From Squalus acanthias (taxonomy: Eukaryota), in NCBI GenBank assembly GCA_030390025.1, contig CM059432.1, positions 113,152,001-113,216,000 on the forward strand: a stretch of DNA of 64,000 bases. Direction: 5' to 3'. The translations under genes were made by a program, and so were the position numbers. Positions 36,157-47,741 of the stretch are shown one piece after another (positions within the stretch are counted from its first letter, which is position 1; each line of letters begins with the position of its first letter). The notes below the pieces were generated by a model. The model had not been told where the DNA came from. It searched no databases and saw nothing but the letters and a program-made list of their open reading frames with translations.

Positions 36157-39100
36157 GGGGAAAAATTCAGTTTGTTGCGCCTCCCGTTAGCGCCTTAAGA
36201 GGGCGCTAATGGGGCGCAAATCATCTAGCGCCTAGGCGCGGCGATATTTGCGCCGCTCGCGAAATTAACTAGACATTTTGCGGCGACGCTAAACACTACC
36301 GCCACGATCTCCTGCGCTGGCAGATCGTGACGTCAGTCAAGTGCGCAACGCCCTGGTATCGCCCCGGAGCGGATATTGAGTGGCGCCCCCTGCCTTACCA
36401 CCTGACGCTAGCAACGACAGGTTGAGGGGAGCGTTTTGCAGTCATGAAGGGACTGAGGGAGCGCTATTTAAAGGCGACCGCTGCCTGCCTTTTATTGTTG
36501 GTGCCATTTTTGAACCACGCATTCTGAGAGAGAGGGAGAGAGACTTCTGGAGAGATTCAACGCTGTGTGAAGGAGTTTTGGGTACTGAGCAGCACTTCGC
36601 AGGTTCATTTTGATTTGTCCTTCCTTGTATCGATTTAGAAGAGGCTGTGGGGGCTGCACTCTGAGCTCTTTCCCTGGTATTTACTCCCTGTGGGGACGGG
36701 AGCAGGGACTGCAGGGAGGATGAGCAACCTGGCCACAGCACCGTGGAACGGGGGGCCATTCAAGAGGGGGGAGTAAATAGAAATGTTGTAGTGGTAGGGG
36801 ATAGTATTATTAGGGGGATAGATAGAGTTCTCTGCAGCCGAGAGCGAGAGTCCCGTAGGCTGTGTTGCCTGCCTGGTGCTAGGGTTAAGGACATCTCCTC
36901 TGGGCTGGAAAGAAACTTGCAGTGGGAGGGGGTGGATCCAGTTGTCGTGGTCCATGTTGGTACAAACGACGTAGATAGGACAAGGAAGCAGGTTCTGTTA
37001 AAGGAGTGTGAGCAGCTAGGGGTTAAATTAAAAAGCAGAACCTCAAGGGTATTAATCTCTGGATTATTACCTGAGCCACGAGTGAATTTGGCTAGGACAA
37101 ATAAAATTAGAGAGTTAAATGAGTGGCTCAAAGACTGGTGTTGGAGAAATGGGTTTTGCTTCCTGGGACACTGGCACCAGTAATGGGGCAGGAGGGAGCT
37201 GTTCCGTTGGGACGGGCTTCACTTGGCCAGTGCTGGGACTAGAGTCCTGGCGGATCATATAACTAGGGCTGTAGAGAGGGCTTTAAACTAACTAGTGGAG
37301 GGGAGGTTCCTAGAGAGCAAATAATAAAAATGACAACAGAGAAGGTCATAGACTTAGGTAGCAGTGGGGAAATTAAAAACCAGAGTGTGTCAGGAAGGGG
37401 CAGAAGGTATGGAGTAAAAGGTAAAGTAATAAAAAGGGCAAAAGCAGGAACTAAGTGTCACAAAACATATTTGAAAGTTCTCTATCTGAATGCACGTAGC
37501 ATTCGTAACAAAATAGATGAGTTAATGGCACAAATAACTACATATGGGTATGATCTTGTGGCCATTACAGAAACATGGCTGCAGGGTGACAATGCCTGGG
37601 AATTAAACATACCAGGTTATTTAACGATCAGGAAGGACAGGCAGGAAGGAAGGGGAGGTGGGGTGGCTATGTTAATAAGGGAAGGAATCACTGTAATATA
37701 GAGAAATGATATTGGGTCAAAAGATCAGGATAATGAAACAGTTTGGGTGGAGATAAGGAATAATAAGGGGAAAAAAACACTAGTGGGCGTAGTCTATAGG
37801 CCTCCGAACAGTTGCAACTCTGTTGGACGGAGTATCAATCGGGAAATAGTTGAGGCTTGTAATAAGGGAACATTTTTAATTATGGGGGATTTTAACTATC
37901 ATATTAATTGGACAAATCAAATTGGGCAGGGCTGCCTTGAAGATGAGTTCATTGAGTGTATTAGGGATGGGTTTCTTGAGCAGTATGTAACTGAACCGAC
38001 CAGGGGGCAAGCAACCTTAGATCTGGTCCTGTGTAACGAGACAGGATTAATTAAAAATGTCCTAGTAAAGGATCCCCTTGGAATGAGTGACCATAACATG
38101 GTTGAATTCCATATTCAATTAGAGGGTGAGAAGGTTTGATCTCAAACAAGCGTGCTAAGCTTGAATAAAGGAGACTATGAAGGTATGCGAGCAGAATTGA
38201 GTAGAGTGGATTGGGAAAATAGATTAAAGGGTAAGACGATACATGATCAGTGGTGTACATTTAAGGAGTTATTTTACAACTTTCAAAAAATATATATTCC
38301 ACTGAGAAGAAAAGGGTGTAAAAGAAAAGACAGTCATCCATGGCTAAGTAAAGAAATTAAGGATAATATTCGACTAAAAACAAGGGGTTATAAGGTAGCA
38401 AAATCTAGTGGGAGGATAGAGGATTGGGAAAACTTTAAAAGACAGCAAAAAATAACAAAAAGATTGATTAAGAAAGGGAAGATAGATTATGAAAGTAAAT
38501 TAGCAAAAAATATAAAAACAGATAGTAAGAGTTTTTATAGTTATATAAAAAGAAAAAGGGTGGCTAAAGTAAATGTTGGTCCCTTAGAGGATGAGACCGG
38601 GAAATTAATGGTGGGAAATATGGAGATGGCAAATACACTGAATGAATATTTTGTATCAGTCTTTACAGTAGAGGACACTAAGAATATCCCAACACTGGAC
38701 AAACAGGGGGCTATAGGGGGGGAGGAGCTAAACACGATCAAAATCACTAAGGAAGTGGTACTCGGTAAAATAATGGGACTCAAGGCGGATAAATCACCTG
38801 GACCTGATGGCTTACATCCTAGGGACTTGAGGGAAGTGACGGTAGGGATTGTGCATGCATTGGTAATAATTTTCCAAAACTCCCTGGACTCAGCAAAGAT
38901 CCTGGCAGACTGGAAAACTGCTAATGTAACACCCTTATTTAAAAAGGGCAGTAGACAGAAGGCTGGAAACTATTAGCCTAACATCTGTGGTTGGTAAAAT
39001 TTTGGAGTCCATTATTAAGGAGACAGTAATGGGACATTTGGATAATCATAATTTAATAGGACAAAGTCAGCATGGTTTTATGAAGGGGAAGTCATGTTTG

Positions 39101-40863
39101 AGAAATTAGCTGGAGTTCTTTGAGGAAGTAACACACAGGGTGGATAAAGGGGAACCAGTGGATGTGGTGTATTTAGACTTCCAAAAGGCATTTGACAAGG
39201 TGCCACACAAAAGATTATTGCTTAAGATAAAAAATCACGGGATTGGGGGTAATATTCTGGCATGGATAGAGGATTGGCTATCTAACAGAAGGCAGAGAGT
39301 TGGGATAAATGGTTCATTCTCAGACTGGCAATCAGTAACTAGTGGTGTTCCGCAGGAGTCAGTGCTGGGTCCCCAACTCTTTACAATCTATATTAACGAT
39401 TTGGAGGAGGGGACCGAGTGTAACATAACAAAGTTTGCAGATGATACTAAGATGGGAGGGAAAGTAGTGAGTGAGGACATAAAAAATCTGCAAGGGGACA
39501 TAGACAGGCTAAGTAAGTGGGCAGAGATTTGGCAGATGGAATACAATACTGGAAAGTGTGAGGTTATGCACTTTGGCAGGAAAAATCAGAGAGCAAGTTA
39601 TTATCTAAATGGCAAGAAACTGGAAAGTACTGAAGTACAAAGGGATCTGGGGGTCCTGGTGCACGAAACTCAAAAGGTTAGTATGCAGGTGCAGCAAGTG
39701 ATTAAGAAGGCCAATGGAATGTTGGCTTTCATTGCTAAGGGGATAGAATATAAAAATAGGGAGGTATTGCTTCAGTTGTACAAGGTATTGGTGAGACCGC
39801 ACCTGGAATACTGCATACAGTTTTGGTGTCCATACTTAAGAAAAGACATACTTGCTCTCGAGTCAGTACAAAGAAGGTTCACTCGGTTAATCCCGGGGAT
39901 GAGGGGATGGACATATGAGGAGAGGTTGGGTAGATTGGGACTTTACTCATTGGAGTTCAGAAGAATGAGAGGCGATCTTATTGAAACATATAAGATTGTG
40001 AAGGGGTTGGATCGGGTGGATGCGGGGAGGATGTTCCCGATGATGGGTGAAACTAGAACTAGGGGGCATAGTCTTAGAATAAGGGGCTGCTCTTTCAAAA
40101 CTGAGATGAGAAGGAACTATTTCACTCAGAGGGTGGTAGGTCCATGGAATATGCTGCCCCAAAAAGCTGTAGAAGCTACATCATTACATAAATTTAAAAC
40201 AGAAATAGACAGTTTCCTAGAAGTAAAGGGAATTAACGGTTACGGGGAGCGGGCAGGAATTTGGACATGAGTCTAGGTTCGGATCGGTCATGGCCCTGTG
40301 GGTAGCGTAGCGGGCCCAGGGGCCATGTAGCCTGATTCTGCTCCTATTTCGTGTGTCCAATTCTGTTAGGTTCAGGAGATGGTTATGTGATAGTAGATTG
40401 GCGGTTAGGATCAGATCAGCCATGATCTTATTGAATGGCGGAGCAGGCTCGAGGGGCCAATTGGCCTACTCCTGCTCCTATTTCTTATGTTCTTATGTTC
40501 TTATGTTCTTACTCTCCATTGTTCTTTCCAGCAGATTTGAGGTGCAGGTCTCTCCAGGCCGAGATTCAAGGCTGCAATTAGCAGGATGTGGATGGAAAGC
40601 AAGATTAACCATCCACTTTAAGAACTGGCCCGTGCCATAGTGTCTGTGTTCCATTGCTGACTGACATCACATGAACTTCGCCAGCGCTCTGAGGTAGCGC
40701 CTCGCTCCTCGGCCTTTGCACCTTAAGACAGGTGTGAAGCGCCTGATTTAGCGCTGCAATCACCTCCAGGGGCGATAAAAGTCAAGTTTGCAGTCGGTGG
40801 CGATAATTTTTGCGCCCGGCCGATAATTGCGCCCCAAATGGGGCGATACTGAATTTCTCCCCC
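36157..40863. mobile_element. Harbinger-type MITE related to 11192-15308, containing a nested CR1
   Basis: TIRs ggggaaaaattcag / ctgaatttctccccc; subterminal cctcccgttagcgcc and gccacgatc.cctgc motifs shared with 11192-11360. Confidence 0.8.
36680..40510 (+). mobile_element. Near full-length CR1 LINE (ORF1 esterase, EN, RT), few lesions
   Basis: ORF1 VVVGDSIIRG...VHVGTND; EN YLNARSIRNK, ITETW, GDFN, SDHN; RT DFQKAFD, FADD; (ttcttatg)n tail. Confidence 0.95.
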
Positions 40864-41552
40864 TCAATGTTTTCAAGGGGAGACTGGATAGGCACTTGAG
40901 GGAAATAAACTTGCAGGGCTACGGGGATAGAGCGGGGGAATGGGACTGACTGGATTGCTCTACAGAGAGCCGGCACAAACTCGATGGGCCGAATTACCTC
41001 TTTCTGTGCCGTATGACTCTATGGGCTGGATTTTGAATGACCCGTGGAGTCGGGTTTGGAGGCATGTGGGGGGTTAAAGTAGCAGATTCGGGGGTCCCGA
41101 CCTCATCCCGACTCCAACACACCTCCACGCAAATTTGACAAAATCGGTCGCGGGGTTCCCGACTCCGTCCCGCCTCCAAGAGGCGGGAGAGGCCATTAAT
41201 GCCCTTAACAATCCCTAAAGTGGCTCAGTAATGCCATTTTGAAGCATTTTAGGTAGTTTAACCCTTTTGCCACGTGAAGCACGCCTGATGGGAAACACTC
41301 CAGTGAAACCTGGCGGGAAAACAAGTGGATTGCTGACTCTCAGCTGCAGCTCAACCTTTAAATAGGAGATTTGATCAGCCATCAATTGCAGGTGGCAGGA
41401 CTTTGTTGTCACAGGTGTGGGGGAACTTTTAGAAGGCATAACCACAGCTCTGGAAGTTTGGAGCCTGACACCCATCTGCAGTGTGACCTCCTGGGAAACC
41501 CCTCTCGCCACCCTCATTGAGCGCTTCCTCAACTGAGACATATACCAGAGGC

Positions 41553-42800
41553 ATGGGAACTATTTATTTCCTTCCCTCCTGGCTATCCGATGAGGACGAA
41601 CAACAGCCGCGGCACCAGCAGAACCATGAACAACAGCAGCACCAACAGCAGCAGCAATAGCAGGAGCGCCAAGCTGCTGCTCACCCACCTGAAGCTGCAT
41701 GGGACAGAAGGGGCCAGCGCATGGAAGGCCGTCGGCGCAGGAGATACCCCCCAAACAGGGTCTACAGACAGAGGGTCAGCTACCTCAACATGTCTGAGCA
41801 GCAGTGCCAAAGGCGGCTCCGACTTTCACGAGAGGTAGTGGGTGACATCTGCGCAATGCTGCAACAAGACCTGGAGCCCAGAGGACCAGGTAGACGCCCC
41901 TTACCAGTGGCCGTCAAAGTCACCACCGCACTCAACTTTTTTGCCTCAGGCTCATTCCAGGGATCAGCAGCAGACATCTGCGGCATCTCCCAGGCGGCTG
42001 CACACACCTGCATCACGCAGGTAACCGATGCCCTCTTTGCCATCGCGCACAATCACATCCATTTCACCAAGGATCGAGCAAATGTCACGGCGCGTGCGGT
42101 TGGATTACCTAATCTGACAGGCTTTCCAAGGGTGCAGGGCGTCGTTGACTGCACAGATGTGGCCCTTAAGGCACCCCATCGCAATCCAGGTATTTTTGTC
42201 AACCGCAAGGGCTTCCACTCCCTCAACGTTCAGCTGGTGTGTGACCACAACAAGGAAGTTCTGCATGTTTGTGCCAAGTACCCTGGCAGTTGCCATGACT
42301 CCTTCATACTGCGCCAGTCTAGTGTGCCTCCGCTATTCAGTCCGCCAGACCAACTTCACGGATGGCTACTTGGAGACAAGGGCTATCCGCTGAAGACGTG
42401 GCTAATGACGCCGTTGAGGAGCCCATCCAATGCAGCTGAGGAGAGCTACAACTCCAGCCACATTTCCACCAGAGCCATAATCGAGCAAACCATCGGTATG
42501 CTGAAGATGCGCTTCAGATGCCTGGATAGATCAGGTGGAGCCCTGCAATACTCAGCAGCCAGGGTCTCTAGAATCATCGTGGTTTGCTGTGCACTTCACA
42601 ACATGGCACAGCGTCGTGGCTTACAGATGCCGGAGGACCAAGTGGCTCCTCACATAGCCTCCTCAGATGAGGAAGAGGAGGAGGTGGTGGAGAGAGAGAA
42701 CGAACAACTTGCAGAGGCCCCTCAACCAGTGGCAGCATTACGCGAGACCATAGCTGCCCGGAATGCAAGGAACGCACTCATCTTGGCCAGATTTGCTTAG
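41553..42800 (+). CDS. Harbinger (HARBI1-like) DDE transposase; open from 41721, in-frame upstream ATG at 41553 with one TAG at 41658
   Basis: [59 protein letters not shown]; the acidic catalytic candidates are all retained. Confidence 0.9.
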
Positions 42801-43045
42801 CCTAGACAAGAAAGCACTTTTGCCTCGCAGCTTCTTACCAGAGCTACGACAATGGCCCAGACCCAGCGGATCCCTAAAAATGTGACCACCATACTGACAA
42901 TTGCAAGTTATCCTAAGGCCTCATTGTGGAAGTCCCATTAGCGAAATGACAGACGCCACAACTGCAGCTGTAGCCATCAGAGTTTTTATTTAAACTTTAG
43001 ACCTGATGGCTTTTTCACAATACACATCAAAATTCACCCTTGTGA

Positions 43046-44967
43046 CTATTTGTGCAGTTTCTTTCTCTTACGCGTGCTCCTGCGTGGTGCTTCCCCTGTG
43101 GCTTCAACAGAAGTGGAGGGCCCCTGCTCACTTTGTTGCTGCTTCTGTCTCGACTCCTTTGGCGGGTGTCCTCTGGGGTTGCGAACCTGTGAGGGCTCGG
43201 CAACAGTCTGCTGCTCCTGCGGCTGGGCATGGGTTGAGACGCCGATCTCACTTGGGTGCGGACTCTGGTGGGGCTCCGAGTGAGGACCTGTCAGTGGCTT
43301 GGAAGTGTGATTGCTTGGAGAGGAGCCCCCACCTCCTTGTTGTGTGCCACCAACATCCCTCTCATGGGTCAGGTCCACCTCAGCGCTTGCAAGTGGCTTG
43401 AGAGCACCTTGCTGCACATCAGGGGGGCCATGGGGACCCGTATCTGCACTGGAAGTCCTACTCAGAAGGACTTCCATGAAGGTCTGGTTTCTCTGTTCAA
43501 TAGATGACCATCGCTCCTCCAGAGACGTCATTCTATTCAGAACACTCACCATGTTTTCTGCACTCTGGCGACTTATCACCTCCATGGAGGTTGCCATCCT
43601 TTCCATGGTGATGCGTTCATGCGCCAATGACTCCACAAAGGCTCTGCTCATGTTCGCTATGGACTCCTCCATTCGCTCCACACTCGTAGCGACCCTGGAG
43701 ACAAAACCTGTCAGAGACTCCTGCACCTGTTCCTGGAGTCCCAGCGCCGCTGATTTTATGGATGGACCCAGAGGCAGAGGGTCGACATGCAGCTGAGCCA
43801 AGCTAGGACAGTCCTGCGCCCTCCGACTAGGACTCTCCACTGCTGTCCCTGTCTCCACCATCTGCTGATGCTCACTTGTGAGCTGTGATACACCAGGTGA
43901 CAACACTACTCTATGTCCCGAGGGTCCCACCGAGGTGTGAGTGTCTGCGCTGGTGCTGGGTGCGCTGAGTTCTGCTGACGCTGCGCCCTCAGAGGTTGCA
44001 GCTTCCTCTGAGGAGTCTGTCTGCTCTGGCTGTTCCTCCTGGCTAGTGGGGACGGGTGCTTGCGATGGTCCTGTGGGGGAGTAAAGGAAAGAGTCAGAGA
44101 TGTGATGCCAAGGTTACATGCACATTGCATATTGCAGATGATCATAAATCCATCTGTTAGAGCTTCAGATTTATTATCAGCGACTCATGCAATGTCAATG
44201 AGAGAGATGGAATACTATTCAGTCACCAGCTTGCTCTGATGCACCCGTCTGTCCGTCCCCCACTTGCGTTTCCTCCTCTACGCCCATGATCTCCAGGACC
44301 ACATCCTCCCAGGCGGTGAGCTGGGCTACTGAGGGTGGCCCTCCTCCTGTCCTGGCTCTTTCTCTTTTATTGTGAGCTCTCTTTTTCTGCAATGAGGGAG
44401 ACAAGTGGAGTTTGAGTGAGATTGAAGGAGTGAGTGTAGATAATCCATAGCATAGATGTTTAGAAGGAGACAAAAATGGATTGAGCTGGTGAGACTAAGG
44501 GCCCTCCCTGTGTGTTGTAAGTTGTTTTCAAAGCATGACAGTGATAGAGAGTGTGAGGGCTGCATAGTCGAATAGTAAGGTGAATGTGACCATAGAGGGA
44601 GAGGGAATGGGTAAGGGTGCATTGATGTCAGTGTCAAGTGGGATATGGAGGAAGAGGTTGCTAAAGCTGAGTGCTGGTGAGGAGAGGCAATGGGGATCAG
44701 ATTGAGGGTGAAGGGAAAGTCATACTCACTTTAGCAGTATGTAGAATGTCATGAAACCTCTTCCTGCACTGGATCCAGGTTCTGCACGTGAATGATAAAG
44801 AGGTGACCTCCTGGGCGATCTGGACCCACACAGCCTTTGTCTGCTGGGGAAGCTTCTTCCTCCCTATGGGGTGGAAGAGCACCTCCCTGTTGGCTCTTGC
44901 TCCATCCACCAAAGCCTGAAGGGCAACCTCATGGAACCTGGGAGCAGCGGCTGGCCATTCCTGCTGC
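43046..44967 (-). CDS. Harbinger Myb/SANT-like partner protein, 3 exons (~44967-44730, 44386-44227, 44070-43046)
   Basis: AAPRFHEVALQALVDG...WVQIAQEV...RTWIQCRKRFHDI|gtgagt; cag|KKRAHNKRERARTGGG; splice phases 0 and 1 are consistent; basic C-terminus RRSTRKRKK; no in-frame ATG at the start. Confidence 0.8.
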
Positions 44968-45304
44968 AGGTTTTTAGATTAGAGGTCCAAAAGCTTGGCA
45001 GCCTGCAGAAGAAGCAAGGCTTGTTGCAGACCTTAAATGCAGCAGCAATGATGATGTCATCGGAGGCGACTTTCAGACTGGAATAACTCATTGGCCATGG
45101 ATTCCTACATGTTGGAACTCAATTGGCCAATTAAGTTAAAATCGCATCTCTCATCCACATTAATCTGGAGTCGGGGGGGCAACACGAAATGTGGGTAACA
45201 CGACCCCAACCCGACCCCAAGACAAAATCCAGCCCTATGACTCTATGCCATCACCCTCCCCGTGTTCTGATTGTATTTGTATGCCTGGCCACCTCTTATT
45301 TTTT

Positions 45305-45410
45305 AATTCTAAAGAAAGGTCCGAACCTGAAACATGAACACAAGTGCTGGCTGACTTGTGGAGTGATTCCACAATTTTCTCTTTCTGTTTCAGATTTCCA
45401 GTATCTGACT
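45305..45410 (+). mobile_element. Degenerate Penelope pLTR fragment with decayed hammerhead
   Basis: aatt-ctaaaga-a-aggt-ccga-acct-gaaac-atg-aac followed by tgctggctgacttg...tttcagatttccag. Confidence 0.55.
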
Positions 45411-46170
45411 TTTTACTTAAGTTAAACAAATCAATGGGAGCTGCTGGTTTACATCCAAGAGTCTTGTGGGAAGCATGGATTTCTAAAAGGTTTGACCAAC
45501 CTTATCAAAGTCTTTGAAGAAATGGAGTTTCAAACAGTATTTGACAAGGTACCACATAAGAGATTCATGGCACCTAGAATTGAGGGGAATGTAGCCAAAT
45601 GGATAAAGGCATGGCGGAGGGCAAAAAGCAAAGGGTTTTTTGTACTGGAAAGATGTGGTGACTGGTGCTCCATCTATCTCCTGGCTCCGTCCAGCGTGTT
45701 CCAGTCTGGCATGATGTTTACCACAGCGAATCAGGCCATCAACGAGGCTCCTGCTAAAGAAGCCTACTTAATATTGAAAAGTCATCATCGGCACCAGGAC
45801 ATAATATTAACCTGGAGTTAGGAGGAGTCTGCAGCCTGGCAGCAGAACCACGGCGGGGGGTCCAACTGGCCAGAAGAGGCCGTGGATTTCAATCCCTGGT
45901 CTTTTAAAATTACCTCTGTTAGAATTCCTTGTGGGCCAGGAGGACTCCAGCCCCGGAATTCCCCCTGATCTCTGATCGCGCTCCAGACCCCTCCTCCCAC
46001 TGACTGCCGGGGACCGTACCCAGGGGCGCAGCCTCCTGCCCCTGAACCCCTGTTCCCGCCTGCGGGTGTCGGGCAGGACTCCAGGAACTGTCATTTAAAT
46101 AAGGCCCTGCCGTTAAGATCCACATGCCTGAACTCTCTGAGTGTGCCTCCCACCACCAATCTCACACGCA

Positions 46171-46584
46171 CCCTGACGCCATTCACCGCTCCCTAGATAA
46201 ACAGAGAGGAAGCAGCCTGCTCCCAGCCAGCTGTAAATCATTGCTCTACAACCACCAGTGTCAGCTCAGCTCAGTTACCAGCACCGTCACCCCTTGAGTC
46301 AGGAAGCTGTGGTTTCAAGCCCCACACCAGGATTCAAGCACCAGGGGATTGAATTGCTGCAGGGGTTCTCCGGATTGTCCGTTGTAACGCCAGTGAAATG
46401 TCCGCAGACCATCGGGAGAATTCATGCAGAAATTCGAGCCCACAATCTCGGCTGACTCTCCAGTCCAGCACTGAGGATGTGTTGCATTGTCAGAGATGCT
46501 GCTTCAAGGAAAAAACGTTTTACTGAGTCCTATCAGCTTGTTCAGGTGAATATTAAAGATCCCATTGCTCTATTCAGAAATAGT
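46171..46584 (+). mobile_element. Leader plus 3'-truncated Deu-type SINE unit, copy 1, with a ~98-bp micro-MITE at 46344-46441
   Basis: Colinear with 57021-57342; SINE head gtgtcagctcagctcagtt...ggtttcaagccc. Confidence 0.7.
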
Positions 46585-47044
46585 GTAACTGTACGTTTAA
46601 AGTCTGGGTTGATGCTACAGTTCAATATATTACTGCAGTGTTTCTGCCAGGTAAACACCTCAGCCGACTTTTATTTAATACCATCATTAGAACTTAAAAT
46701 AAAATCTTCGGTTAATCAGCACAAATATCATTCAGTTTCAAAGTAGCTGTGGTCCAGCAACAAATACTTTAATTAAAAAGTAGAGATATTCACTGATGTA
46801 TTTTGTGACCTTTATGATATCACTGGGATTGTTGAGTGACGAGTCAAAGTTTAGCACTTGATTTTGAGTAACTCTTCTCTTCTGTAAAGGTCTGAACACT
46901 GAGTGACAACCCTGAAACGACAGGGATGTCTGGCAGGTGCACACTCCCGCATTCTTCTCTTATATACACAAACATACTTTTCTTCTTATGTTAGTTGGTA
47001 ATAAGCCTCTTCAAAGATGCTTAAGCAAGCACTGCAGATAATAT

Positions 47045-47416
47045 CTAGAGTATGTCGTCCTCATCCTTTTCAATGCTTTTTTCTTCGAACTCCCTTAGTT
47101 TTCTTTAGAAAATGTCAGTCGAATCATATCTTACAGCTTTGATACAGGCTTTCTCTGCAGAATCACAGAGCACTCACCTGAATCTCTTGAGCAGCTTGAA
47201 TTCAGATATGATAAAGACCACTGATTACTGAGAAGGAAAGTGATTCTGGATGTTTGGTGTAATTTATGGCTTTCTTTCATGTGGTACTTACTCGGAATGG
47301 AGTTATCGCACAGTTCACCGCTGCACTGACCTTGGCGAAGTTGTTGCTTGTAATTTTGCAATTTGTGAGCCTGGATTTCCTTGATTATCCTCATTATTAG
47401 TTTTACCCTTCCTTGG
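47045..47416 (-). CDS. Candidate last three coding exons of an unidentified host gene (47416-47331, 47220 or 47227-47178, 47102-47045)
   Basis: Non-repetitive DNA with branch point/ttttattcag acceptor, gtcagt and gtgagt donors; one phase-consistent path reads QGRVKLIMRIIKEIQAHKLQNYKQQLRQVVFIISEFKLLKRFRKLREFEEKSIEKDEDDIL*. Confidence 0.3.
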
Positions 47417-47656
47417 CTGAATAAAACATGCATGTCACACCATTAGTGCAATGAACGTTGGCAAATTTCAGTAAGCCATTATATGAAAATAAATAGGAAT
47501 GGTAAACTGGGCGAATGGTGCAATACTGGTCATCACTGTAAAGCATGCAAGGTTCATTTTCAGAGTACTTGGAATATGATTTCCACAACAGCAGTAAAAA
47601 TCCCCTACCCATGCCACAAAAATTGATTTTGCCTTATTTGGTCACAGTGAACTCGT

Positions 47657-47741
47657 GGGCTGGAAATGAGGGATTGAACTGGGGACCTTCCTATAGGGTT
47701 AAGTAGCATAACTCCATTGGTGCATCTATCCACTTAGCCAT
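47657..47741 (-). mobile_element. tRNA-like SINE head remnant
   Basis: Minus strand tggctaagtgg (A box) ... cagttcaatccc (B box-like). Confidence 0.35.

Larger units (their letters stand above)
41023..45235. mobile_element. Full-length PIF/Harbinger transposon, 4213 bp
   Basis: Perfect 13-bp TIR GGGCTGGATTTTG; 3-bp TSD TAT at 41020-41022 and 45236-45238; convergent transposase and Myb/SANT genes. Confidence 0.95.

Noticed and set aside
41721..42800. Domesticated host HARBI1 gene
   Set aside because: Enclosed by TIRs and a TSD with a Myb partner and a MITE derivative, so it is a transposon copy; no gene symbol assigned
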